From positions 1-37,389 of the IMG/VR virus record IMGVR_UViG_3300010362_000054: a stretch of 37,389 nt of DNA; one strand, written 5' to 3'. Each line of letters opens with the position of its first letter. The stretch's first letter is position 1. This document shows, one piece after another, positions 9,481-17,497 of the stretch. Made by a program: the position numbers and the translations under genes. Origin of the DNA: a virus. Its lineage: Duplodnaviria; Caudoviricetes. The notes beneath the pieces are model-generated. The model made no database searches. It was not told the DNA's origin and worked only from the letters and a program-made list of their open reading frames with translations.

Positions 9481-10155
9481 GTGCCGGTTACCGCGACCGC
9501 CAACACCTACGCGACGTGGGACAACGGGACCAACACGTACGCCACGCTCGAGGCGGCGCCGACGTACGGTGTCCTCGAGGGCGCGCGGCTGCAGATTACG
9601 CGTACTCTGCCGGGTTCTGGCGCGCTTGGGACCTCGCGTGCGCGCGCGCTGGCGGTCGGTGGCACGCTTGGCCCGAGCGGCACGATCGGCAGGACCAGTC
9701 TGCTGCGGCGCACGCTGAGCGGCGTCCTGGGGTCCTCCGGGGCGGTGCTGCTCGGCAAGATCTTCACCCGTACGCTGACGGGCACGCTTGGCTCCTCGGG
9801 CGTGGTGCTGCGCGCGCAGCAACTCTATCGGAGCTTCGCCGGCGCGCTCGCACCATCGGGCGTCTTTTCGTACCGCCTACTGCAGCGCGTCTTCGTCACG
9901 TATCAGGGCTGGCTGGCTCTCCATGGGGAGTTGCGCCTCGAGCTGCGCCGCAGTCCCTGGCCACCATTCTCGGCGCCGATCGTGGCGACGCCACCGCCTG
10001 CGCTGGTCGGTTCCCTACCGAGCACGGCGCCGCTGCTGGCCACGGTGGTGCAGCTACCCCCGCCGGCAGCGGTACCGGTGCAGAAGCCCGCGGCGCCGTA
10101 CGCGACGCCGGCCGTCAAGCCGGATTGGCCATCGTTTAATGCCGAGCCTCGCTGA
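9481..10155 (+). CDS. Fibre-like structural protein with 20-aa repeats and a Pro-rich tail
   Basis: GTLGPSG / GVLGSSG / GTLGSSG / GALAPSG at a 60-bp period (9661, 9721, 9781, 9841). Confidence 0.55.
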   Translation: MPVTATANTYATWDNGTNTYATLEAAPTYGVLEGARLQITRTLPGSGALGTSRARALAVGGTLGPSGTIGRTSLLRRTLSGVLGSSGAVLLGKIFTRTLTGTLGSSGVVLRAQQLYRSFAGALAPSGVFSYRLLQRVFVTYQGWLALHGELRLELRRSPWPPFSAPIVATPPPALVGSLPSTAPLLATVVQLPPPAAVPVQKPAAPYATPAVKPDWPSFNAEPR

Positions 10156-11170
10156 GTACCGCAGGAACCTCGCGGTTGAAAGCGGGCCGTACGTCGGACC
10201 GGAGAGCTACGACGTGCGCGCCACGAGCGGCACTGATGTGAACAAGCTCGTGTGCGACGTGTATCCGATCCAGTCCGGGATTGCGCAGTCGGACTTGTAC
10301 CGCGATCGGCCGCTTTATCGCCCATATGCCATCCAGCCAACCGATCGCCATCGCGTCATCCAGACCTACACACCGAACACCGGCACCATCACACCTGATT
10401 TGCCGTGGACGATCTCGGCGCTCTCACCGCCGTCGGCGACCACGTATCAGTACCTCGAGGCGCACATCTACCTGGACTTCGAGGTGCTCTCGTACGAGTG
10501 CATCGAGGGCACCGGCGTGGATTGCCCGGGCGGGCCGGGCATCGGCGAGCGGTTCGAGATCCTCGGGCCGTGGGATGCGCCGACGATGCATCAGCTCATC
10601 AATGATGGGCTGAAGCAGTGCTGGCTGGTGGTGGACGTGGTGTGCACCGCCGTCGAGGGCGTCAGTCGCCATGATCTGCGCAACGTCACGCCGTGGCTCC
10701 AGAATCCGAACCACATTCGGCAGGCTGGCGTGCTGCCAACAGGCACCGATCCGTGGCAGCAGGACCCGTTCGCCAACATCGTCTACGGCGAGGTCGAGCG
10801 CGACGGCGGCACGTACCTGTTCAACACCGGCGGGCGCACGTTCAACGCTGGCGATCAAATCTGGCTGCGCTGCTACAAGCGCGCGTATGACCACTGCCGC
10901 GTGGCCGGTGGGACGTACGGGGATCAAAGTGGATTGAATTGGGAGACCGACGAAGCGCCCGTCGGACGTGATTGGGCGACTTCGTCGGCGCTCCTGGTCG
11001 GTTGGCGGCGCTTCGGACATCTGCTCGAGCCGATGGCTAACCAGCGCCTGATCCGCGACCAGGCTGCGGCCTCGACGTGGTTCAGCGATCGCACCAGCGA
11101 GTACTTCACTGCGGTGGCACCGCAGCTCACGCTGCGCCGCGCGTGCCGCTTCGGGCCGGCCTTCCGATGA
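10139..11170 (+). CDS. Putative head-tail adaptor / tail tubular protein A-like
   Basis: Start re-called at ATG 10139 (MPSLAEYRRNLAVE..., 343 aa). Helical N-terminus, LINDGLKQ helix and beta middle; sits directly before the nozzle-like gene. Confidence 0.5.
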   Translation: MPSLAEYRRNLAVESGPYVGPESYDVRATSGTDVNKLVCDVYPIQSGIAQSDLYRDRPLYRPYAIQPTDRHRVIQTYTPNTGTITPDLPWTISALSPPSATTYQYLEAHIYLDFEVLSYECIEGTGVDCPGGPGIGERFEILGPWDAPTMHQLINDGLKQCWLVVDVVCTAVEGVSRHDLRNVTPWLQNPNHIRQAGVLPTGTDPWQQDPFANIVYGEVERDGGTYLFNTGGRTFNAGDQIWLRCYKRAYDHCRVAGGTYGDQSGLNWETDEAPVGRDWATSSALLVGWRRFGHLLEPMANQRLIRDQAAASTWFSDRTSEYFTAVAPQLTLRRACRFGPAFR

Positions 11171-13107
11171 GCATCCTGTCGGCGCGGCGCTCGCCGTATC
11201 CGTACCACTTCAAAATCGGCGAGGTGGGGCTGATGCTCGGTCAGGCGGCGCCCACGCGCGGGAATCCGACGCCGGCCATGCTCGTGTCCAGCAAGACGCA
11301 GGACATCAGTCAGGTGTCCCCACCCGACTTCAGCTACGGCGGCACGTCGCCAGCCAGCGACCGCGAGGAGCCGTACGAGTCACTCGTACTCGGCATGGGC
11401 ATGAAGGTCCAGGAGAAGTGGGAGGACGGGCGCTACCTGTACGCCGACGGCGTGGACTGCTCCGTGTGGCCGTGGTGCAAGGGTCCGTACATCAACCTGA
11501 CCACGCTCAGTCCGCAGGACGGCTCAGCCGGCGTGCGCACGTTCTTTGAACTCGGCACGAGCCTGTACGTCGCCGAGGGACGGTACATCCTGCGCCGCGA
11601 CAGTGACGCGGCGTGGACGATGGTCAAGGACTTCGGAGCGGGCGTGGCGGTGCTCAACGTGAGCGTGTTCACGTCGAACTTCGACGGCGTGCAGCGCGCC
11701 TTCGTGGCCCTCTCGACTGGCGTGGCGCAGTACTCCAGCAACGGCACCACCTGGACGGCGATGGCCACGTTTGGCGCGCTCGCGTTCGCCGTCATCGGCC
11801 GCGAGTTCTGGTGGGCCGACGATACCAATCGGTTGCGGAAGTGCGACACCAACGCCGATCCGACGGTTGAAGCGAACTACACCTCGCTCATCTTTCGCGC
11901 CGGCGACAAATCCTCGGTCATCAGCTCGCTCGCGGTGACGGCCGCGGGCACGCTGCTGATCCTCAAGACTGATGGCATCTACACCCTCGACCAGGCCGGG
12001 CAGGATCATCAGCTCTTCCCGTTCCTGAAGTTCGCGCCCAACGTCTACAACGGCAAGTTCTGGGGCCAGTTCGAGAACGCGCTGTACGTCAGCTACGGCG
12101 CGCAACTCATGCGCATCCAGCCGGACCTGAGCATGGAGCAGGTCGGGCCGGAGAAGCTGGTCAACAACGACTCCCCCGTCCGGGGGCGGGTGACCTCGTT
12201 TGTGGCGGTAGGCACCATGTTTGCCTACGTCGGTCTGCTCAATCCGGACACGTCGAACGCCTACCTGCTGAAGTTCGGCGCCTGGGTGTCGCAGGGCACT
12301 AGCGCCGAGCAGCTCATGCCAGTGCATGTCGATGCCTGGCACGGCAGCGTCAGCAATCAGAGTGTCCTTGGCGCGCGCGGCATCCAGGCGATGTTTGTCT
12401 CGAGCATCGGCGCACCGGCCGGTCACACGCGCACGTACCTCGGCTTCAGTGACGGCTCGATCGGCTACATCGTCAATCCGTGTGTTCCGAACCCTGCGGC
12501 CTGCTCGCAGTACCGCTTCGCCGTGGGCAATGGCTTCGTCGAGCTGCCGCTGTGGCACGGCGGCTACCACGCCTCGCGCAAGAGCCTGCGCCACCTGGCG
12601 GTCTCGAGCACGTTTCTGGACATCAACAACGCCGTGACTATCTCGTACGCGACTTCACCAACCACGGCGTTTGCCGATAGCGGCAAGACGTGGATGACGA
12701 CCGGCTACGAGCAGTTCGCCCTGCCGACAACGACTACCGCGGTGCTGGCCAAGTTCCGCGTCTTCCTGGTCAATGCGGCAGCCACGCAGTCGCCGCTGGT
12801 CTCGGCGGTATCGATCGGGCACGCGTTGCGACCGACCAGGTACATGACCGTGCAGGTTGAGATTCTGTGCTCAGACGGGTTGGTTCGGCGCGACGGCGTG
12901 CCCCTGCGCATCGGGCGGAACGAGATCAAGCGTGTGGTCGAAGCCGCGGTAGACACTGCCGGCGCGGTGACGGTCACGTTGCCTGACGAGAGTGTGCAAG
13001 ACCTGAGCTTCACCGACTACGCGGTGTCGCAGGCATTCGATGAGATCGGGCGGCAGTGGCGTGGGTCGCTGTCGATCAAGGCGGTGCAGTGGATCGGCTC
13101 ACCTTGA
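11167..13107 (+). CDS. Putative tail nozzle / tail tubular protein B-like (beta-propeller)
   Basis: Start at ATG 11167 (MSILSARRSPYPYHF..., 646 aa). Repeated beta-propeller-like blades (LYVAEGRYI, LLILKTDGIY, LYVSYG, YLGFSDGSI). Confidence 0.6.
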   Translation: MSILSARRSPYPYHFKIGEVGLMLGQAAPTRGNPTPAMLVSSKTQDISQVSPPDFSYGGTSPASDREEPYESLVLGMGMKVQEKWEDGRYLYADGVDCSVWPWCKGPYINLTTLSPQDGSAGVRTFFELGTSLYVAEGRYILRRDSDAAWTMVKDFGAGVAVLNVSVFTSNFDGVQRAFVALSTGVAQYSSNGTTWTAMATFGALAFAVIGREFWWADDTNRLRKCDTNADPTVEANYTSLIFRAGDKSSVISSLAVTAAGTLLILKTDGIYTLDQAGQDHQLFPFLKFAPNVYNGKFWGQFENALYVSYGAQLMRIQPDLSMEQVGPEKLVNNDSPVRGRVTSFVAVGTMFAYVGLLNPDTSNAYLLKFGAWVSQGTSAEQLMPVHVDAWHGSVSNQSVLGARGIQAMFVSSIGAPAGHTRTYLGFSDGSIGYIVNPCVPNPAACSQYRFAVGNGFVELPLWHGGYHASRKSLRHLAVSSTFLDINNAVTISYATSPTTAFADSGKTWMTTGYEQFALPTTTTAVLAKFRVFLVNAAATQSPLVSAVSIGHALRPTRYMTVQVEILCSDGLVRRDGVPLRIGRNEIKRVVEAAVDTAGAVTVTLPDESVQDLSFTDYAVSQAFDEIGRQWRGSLSIKAVQWIGSP

Positions 13108-13120
13108 GAAAGGAGTAACG

Positions 13121-13750
13121 ATGGCTCGAACGAACGCAGTCAACTTCAGCGGCGCGCTCCAGTTCCCGATGGCCAGCGCCGCGACCGACCTGTTCAAGAA
13201 AGAGGATGTGCAGACACTGGCGCTGGCGGTTGATGGGCACGATCACTCGACGGGCAAGGGGCTAATTCTGCCGGCGAGTGCCATTCCCGACGGATCGATT
13301 ACTTCGGCCAAGATCGTTGATGGCACGGTTGGCACCGTTGATCTGGCGCAGAATTGCGTTCACACGCTGCTCGGCAGCTATTTCGCTACACCGGCCTTCA
13401 GCACGTCGACTACATCTACATGGGTCCAAACACCGATTCAGGCGACCGGATCAGTCCAGGCTCCCGCCGGTTACCTGGTGCATGTCGAGGGCTGGCTCAC
13501 CCTGAGTCACAGCGTCGTAAATGGAAGTTGGTTTGTTGGACTGTATCGAGGTGGCGCCATCACTGCGTATGTCGCGGTGGGCACGTCTTCGACGGTGAAT
13601 GCGAGTCAGCAAGTTGGGTTTTCGTATTACGAGCAACCTGGTGCCGGGTCTTATACCTGGTCGATATGGGTCAACAACTCGGTCCCCGGCACGCTGAGCA
13701 TCTCTGGCTCAGTCCAGGCGTCGCTGGTGATCACTGAAATCAAGAAGTAG
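13121..13750 (+). CDS. Tail fibre / receptor-binding protein (putative)
   Basis: ATG 13121 after GAAAGGAG. HDH motif and IPDGSITSAKIVDGTV repeat typical of fibre shafts, then a beta-sandwich C-terminus with atypical codon usage. Confidence 0.65.
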   Translation: MARTNAVNFSGALQFPMASAATDLFKKEDVQTLALAVDGHDHSTGKGLILPASAIPDGSITSAKIVDGTVGTVDLAQNCVHTLLGSYFATPAFSTSTTSTWVQTPIQATGSVQAPAGYLVHVEGWLTLSHSVVNGSWFVGLYRGGAITAYVAVGTSSTVNASQQVGFSYYEQPGAGSYTWSIWVNNSVPGTLSISGSVQASLVITEIKK

Positions 13751-13765
13751 GCGGGAGAGAAAACA

Positions 13766-14134
13766 GTGGGCCAGAACACGGGCAGCAAGCCAATCAATTT
13801 GCATCAACTCGAAGACGAAATCGTAGCTGCGGGCGTCACCGTGAGCTACGGATTGGTGATGACTGACGGGTTCGTCTTTACCTGCGGCGCTGACGGGATC
13901 TCAACGGACTTTCCGTCAGGGGATCAACCGACGGTTGACCAGGCCATCGCCAATCACGTCGCTATGCGTGACAAAACCGGTGCGGAGTACGCCGAAGAGT
14001 TTCAGAATCCAGAGACACCGCCCGCGCGCAAGCAAGAGATCCGCGACATCCAGAATGGCTTGATGCCGCCTGAGCAGGTGCCAATCACGCAGCAAGAGTG
14101 GGACGAGGCGCACGCTCCGGTAGGTGCAAGATGA
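13766..14134 (+). CDS. Hypothetical protein, possible fibre-associated/chaperone
   Basis: 122 aa, acidic, directly after the fibre gene and with the same lower-GC composition; GGGAGA RBS. Confidence 0.5.
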   Translation: MGQNTGSKPINLHQLEDEIVAAGVTVSYGLVMTDGFVFTCGADGISTDFPSGDQPTVDQAIANHVAMRDKTGAEYAEEFQNPETPPARKQEIRDIQNGLMPPEQVPITQQEWDEAHAPVGAR

Positions 14135-14319
14135 CCGACGAAGAGGTCGCGGCCGTCATCGCGCAGTTACAGAACCAGCAGTCACTGCAGTCCGCGGCAC
14201 TCAAGGCCGCGCTCGAGGCGCGCTGGTCGGGCGGCGCCGCCAGCGTCGATGGCTTCGTCAAGGCGCTCACGCCGGGCATCGAGACCGAGCCGCAGACCCC
14301 GCTCTACGCCAGTGGCTGA
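14131..14319 (+). CDS. Small protein (62 aa) paralogous to the endolysin N-terminal domain
   Basis: ATG 14131: MTDEEVAAVIAQLQNQQSLQSAALKAALEARWSGG...ALTP...TPLY aligns with the N-terminus of the next gene. Confidence 0.7.
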   Translation: MTDEEVAAVIAQLQNQQSLQSAALKAALEARWSGGAASVDGFVKALTPGIETEPQTPLYASG

Positions 14320-15049
14320 CCCCGCGCTCGTCCAGCAACTGACGCAGCTCCAGGCGCAGCAGGCGGCGATCAGCGCCGGCCTCAACGCCATGAACGAGGC
14401 GCGCTGGCTGGCTGCGGACTTCGGCGCCGACTCGCTCGAGGCGATCCTGTACGGACTCAATCCAACGTGGGCCGGTCAGATCAGCGCGCGCGAGCCGCTT
14501 TACACGCCGCCCAAGCCACCGGAGCCCGAGGCGAATGTCGAGTGGATCGGCTCGCCCAATCATTACAACGGGCGCGCCGGCTACGGTGTGGTGGCGTTGG
14601 TCATCCATACGATGGCCGGCACGCTTGAGAGCTGCGATTCGTGGTTCAACAATCCTGCTTCGCAGGTCAGCTCGCACTACGGCATCGGGCTCGCCGGCGA
14701 GCAGCACCAGTACGTCAAGCTGGCCGACGGCTCGTGGGCCAACGGCATCCTCGAGCCCGGTAACGAGTGGACCGCGCTGGTCGGCAATAGCGCTAATCCG
14801 AACTATCAGACGGTCAGCGTCGAGACCGAAGACAACGGCTCGGGCGCCACCGCGGTGACCGATGAGCAGTACGCTGGCACGCTCGCGGTGTGCCGCGTGG
14901 CGATGGCCACGTATCCGTCGATCCGCTACCTGATGGGCCACAACTGCATCTCCCCGCAGACTCGCACGGCGTGCTGCGGCAAGCGCTGGTGGGACTCAGG
15001 GCGATTCCAGGCGCTGGCGGACGCACTCGAGCTGGAGGCATGCTTCTGA
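14312..15049 (+). CDS. Endolysin, N-acetylmuramoyl-L-alanine amidase (Amidase_2 type) with an N-terminal helical extension
   Basis: GTG 14312 (MADPALVQQL..., 245 aa). SPNHYNGR, LVIHTMAG, VSSHYGI, SWANG, TVSVETE, TDEQY, LMGHNCI and TACCG are the Zn-amidase motifs. Confidence 0.9.
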   Translation: MADPALVQQLTQLQAQQAAISAGLNAMNEARWLAADFGADSLEAILYGLNPTWAGQISAREPLYTPPKPPEPEANVEWIGSPNHYNGRAGYGVVALVIHTMAGTLESCDSWFNNPASQVSSHYGIGLAGEQHQYVKLADGSWANGILEPGNEWTALVGNSANPNYQTVSVETEDNGSGATAVTDEQYAGTLAVCRVAMATYPSIRYLMGHNCISPQTRTACCGKRWWDSGRFQALADALELEACF

Positions 15050-15210
15050 TGCAGCTAGGAACGGTAGGCGGCGTGGTGATAGGTGTGGGATGGCTGATAG
15101 CAATCGTGGTCCTGCTGCTGGCGATCCTGGGCCTGGTGAACGTGGTTCCGATCAGTCAGCAGGTGATCTTCGGCTTGATCGCGGCGCTGGCAGTAGCCCG
15201 ACTCACCTAG
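15049..15210 (+). CDS. Holin-like membrane protein (53 aa, 2 predicted TM segments)
   Basis: TGATG overlap with the endolysin stop; MQLGTVGGVVIGVGWLIAIVVLLLAILGLV...VIFGLIAALAVARLT. Confidence 0.6.
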   Translation: MQLGTVGGVVIGVGWLIAIVVLLLAILGLVNVVPISQQVIFGLIAALAVARLT

Positions 15211-15263
15211 ACGATCCGAACATCGCGCTCACGCACATCGAAGAGGGCGGGCGCGATAGCGGG

Positions 15264-15440
15264 ATGTCGATCAGCCTGACGGTCAGTATTGGCTACCAGC
15301 GCCGGAGGCCAAACACACAAGGCGATCGACTCGAGGCCAGGATCGACAGCGTAGGACTCCTCATAGTGGGTGGGGTGACGGTGGTTGTGCTGATCCTGGT
15401 GGTGGTGCCGCGTGTGCTCGCGTGGATCGGCGGGCTGTGA
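15264..15440 (+). CDS. Small membrane protein (58 aa, 1 TM), lysis cassette
   Basis: MSISLTVSIGYQRRR...VGLLIVGGVTVVVLILVVVPRVLAWIGGL; start uncertain. Confidence 0.45.
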   Translation: MSISLTVSIGYQRRRPNTQGDRLEARIDSVGLLIVGGVTVVVLILVVVPRVLAWIGGL

Positions 15441-15616
15441 GCGATCAGCACGTCGCGATTGCCAAACTCGTCATCAGCGGCGTGCTCGCTCTGGTGCTGA
15501 TCGTGGCGATGACGTGGATCGTGCTGTCGCCTTCGACGGACGAGGTCGCCAAGGCGGCACTGATCATCATCGGCACGGCAGTTGGGTTTGTGTTCGGGCG
15601 CGAGACGAAGAACTAG
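15437..15616 (+). CDS. Holin-like membrane protein (59 aa, 2 TM, charged C-terminus)
   Basis: GTGA overlap; MSDQHVAIAKLVISGVLALVLIVAMTWIVL...AALIIIGTAVGFVFGRETKN. Confidence 0.6.
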   Translation: MSDQHVAIAKLVISGVLALVLIVAMTWIVLSPSTDEVAKAALIIIGTAVGFVFGRETKN

Positions 15617-15882
15617 TCAGCAAGCGCTGCTTCCAGCACCGCCCACGCCTCCCAGGCATCGCCATCACAGTCGGCCACGCTGTTCGGATGCTTGCGCGAA
15701 AGCAGGTTCTTGGCCGTCGTCGCGGCATTGATCAGATCGTCGCGCTCCGTCCGCGCCTGGTCATGGAAACGCATTTCGGTGGCTAACGCAGCGCGTGCCG
15801 TTTCCAACTCGGCGCGCAGTTCGTCGCGCTCGCGGCGCAGTTCGTCCAGCTCGAACTGCACCATAACCTCAGCGAGCCTCAT
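15613..15882 (-). CDS. Hypothetical coiled-coil protein
   Basis: 89 aa, last gene of the leftward operon; its stop overlaps the holin stop. Confidence 0.55.
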   Translation of the reverse strand: MRLAEVMVQFELDELRRERDELRAELETARAALATEMRFHDQARTERDDLINAATTAKNLLSRKHPNSVADCDGDAWEAWAVLEAALAD

Positions 15883-16018
15883 GCGTTCGACTACCGCGGC
15901 GGAGCTTCTCGCGCAGGCAGTCGCGGCACGGCCACGCGTGGACGAGCCAGCCGATGGCGGCGCTCAGGATGAAGTACCACACGATCGCCAGGACCAGTGC
16001 CAGCGTCAGGAGGATCAT
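15869..16018 (-). CDS. Small membrane protein with CxxC (49 aa)
   Basis: Start re-called at 16018 (ATGA overlap): MILLTLALVLAIVWYFILSAAIGWLVHAWPCRDCLREKL... Confidence 0.5.
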   Translation of the reverse strand: MILLTLALVLAIVWYFILSAAIGWLVHAWPCRDCLREKLRRGSRTHEAR

Positions 16019-16359
16019 TCGAGCACCCACTTGAGCCAGCAGTCGGCGATGCGCAGCACGTCCGCGGACTTGATATCGGCGCGATCGGCGCTGAAGTGCG
16101 CTGCGGCTTTGAGGACCGCCAGGCGCGCGATGGTGAGCTCGCGCGAGCTGGTCGGCAGCGCAGACTCGAGGACCTCGACCGACTTGAGAAAGCCCTTCGG
16201 ATCGACCTCGGCGCGTACGCGCGCCCCCACTTCTGGCAGGTCGAGGCGCGGCCCGAAATTCGAGCGGTTTGCCCACTCGCCGTCGATTTTGATGCCGCGA
16301 TCGTTACGCGCCTCGACAGAGCCTTCGAGGGTCACTGACCGATTTTCGCGTGTGCGCAC
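16015..16359 (-). CDS. Hypothetical protein, possible OB-fold plus helical C-terminus
   Basis: 114 aa; beta-rich N-half (TLEGSVEARNDRGIKIDGEW...GARVRAEVD) and helical C-half. Confidence 0.55.
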   Translation of the reverse strand: MRTRENRSVTLEGSVEARNDRGIKIDGEWANRSNFGPRLDLPEVGARVRAEVDPKGFLKSVEVLESALPTSSRELTIARLAVLKAAAHFSADRADIKSADVLRIADCWLKWVLE

Positions 16360-16541
16360 ACGTAGTGGCTATACGCGTCCTTGTCGAGTTGGTAGAAGCG
16401 CGTGTCGTAGCCGATCGGCTGGCCGCAGTCGAAGCACGGCGCCGCGGCGAGGGCACGCGTGGCAGCGCAGTCACGGTGCTCGCAGGTGTCTTCGCATGGC
16501 CCGAGTTGTGTGCCTGGGCGGGGGAGGGCGGAAGCTGCCAT
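16332..16541 (-). CDS. Small Cys/His-rich Zn-binding protein (69 aa)
   Basis: Start re-called at 16541 (TGATG overlap): GPCEDTCEHRDC...CFDC...HYVC. Confidence 0.6.
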   Translation of the reverse strand: MAASALPRPGTQLGPCEDTCEHRDCAATRALAAAPCFDCGQPIGYDTRFYQLDKDAYSHYVCAHAKIGQ

Positions 16542-16804
16542 CAGAATGCGTACTCCTCTTGATCGAGCTCGAGCTGCAGGCGGACCGCCAGCATGTGCTT
16601 GCAGACGGACCAGGGGCGGTACTTCAGGTCGGCGCAGGTGCATCCGTCGGCGGTGGTGCGGTAGTTGCGCCCGGGGCGGTTCGACGGGATGTCGAAGCAC
16701 ACGCGCCGCGTCGAGGTATCGAAGTGGCGCTTCCACTTGTCCTCAATGACCAGCGCGATCGCGGCCGGACCGCGCGGATCGGACGAGTTGACGAGGAGCG
16801 TCAT
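16541..16804 (-). CDS. SWIM zinc-finger protein (87 aa)
   Basis: Start re-called at 16804. Y...GCTCAD...VCKHMLAV is the CxC-xn-CxH SWIM signature. Confidence 0.8.
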   Translation of the reverse strand: MTLLVNSSDPRGPAAIALVIEDKWKRHFDTSTRRVCFDIPSNRPGRNYRTTADGCTCADLKYRPWSVCKHMLAVRLQLELDQEEYAF

Positions 16805-17181
16805 CAGTCTTCGCGAACCGTGGGAATGACGAAGCTGTGTTTGTCTTCGTGGCCAATGGGAGCGGCGCAGATTCGACCGCGAGTACCGGCCACGCGGCAG
16901 CACTCGCCGCGGCCCCACTCGCGAACTACTGTGCGGAACTGAGCGATGGCGTCGCGCCATGCTTGCTCGTGCTCGGTGCCGGCGAGTTCGGCGATGCGCT
17001 TTTCGCCTGCGGCGAGTGCCCATCGCGCGTCTTCCGCAGCTTCCCCCCGCCGAACCGGCTCGAGCGCGAGGACCAGAAAGTGGCGGCTGTAGCGAGAGTA
17101 GATACCCTCTGCGCTCGCGGCGAAATCCTGGCGCGCGCGCGCGAATCGCGCTGCCGTAGAAATCCTCTTCACCATGTCCAT
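16804..17181 (-). CDS. Hypothetical protein, first gene of the leftward operon
   Basis: 125 aa with C-terminal C..C...H...H. Likely true start is ATG at 17175 (leaderless; see promoter). Confidence 0.6.
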   Translation of the reverse strand: MDMVKRISTAARFARARQDFAASAEGIYSRYSRHFLVLALEPVRRGEAAEDARWALAAGEKRIAELAGTEHEQAWRDAIAQFRTVVREWGRGECCRVAGTRGRICAAPIGHEDKHSFVIPTVRED

Positions 17182-17218
17182 ATCTTACTTGTTCATAGGA
17201 CAGTCATGCAACTATAAT
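17182..17218. promoter_or_regulatory. Overlapping divergent sigma70-type promoters
   Basis: Plus strand TTGTTC(17189)-18 bp-TATAAT(17213). Minus strand TTGCAT(17211..17206)-18 bp-TAAGAT(17187..17182). AT-rich gap between divergent genes. Confidence 0.6.
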
Positions 17219-17242
17219 CGGACACATGCACAGGACGAAGGA

Positions 17243-17497
17243 ATGACCATGATCGAACTCTGGACGGGCACTGATTCGACTAACGTCGGACACGTGCCAC
17301 CGCTCAGTCGGCTCCGAGACTTGCGCAAACGTGCCGCGTTGTCTCAGGCCGATTTGGCGGACAAGGCGCATGTGGCGCGGACGACCATCATTCGCCTCGA
17401 GCAAGGTGATCCGAACGTGCAGCCGAGCACGCTGCGCAAGCTCTCGCGCGCACTCAAGGTCAAGCCGACCGAGCTGTGGGAGGAGCCTGAGGCATGA
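17243..17497 (+). CDS. XRE/Cro-CI family HTH transcriptional regulator
   Basis: LRDLRKRAALSQADLADKAHVARTTIIRLEQG..NVQPSTLRKLSRALKV is a canonical HTH_3 pattern. Start is 17243/17249 or GTG 17294; no peptidase domain. Confidence 0.9.
   Translation: MTMIELWTGTDSTNVGHVPPLSRLRDLRKRAALSQADLADKAHVARTTIIRLEQGDPNVQPSTLRKLSRALKVKPTELWEEPEA

Noticed and set aside
13121-14134. Diversity-generating retroelement target
   Set aside because: No reverse transcriptase and no template/variable repeat pair seen in the window.
15692-16942. 416-aa plus-strand ORF
   Set aside because: Low-complexity Ser/Arg-rich shadow over a set of coupled minus-strand genes, one of which has a clear SWIM motif.
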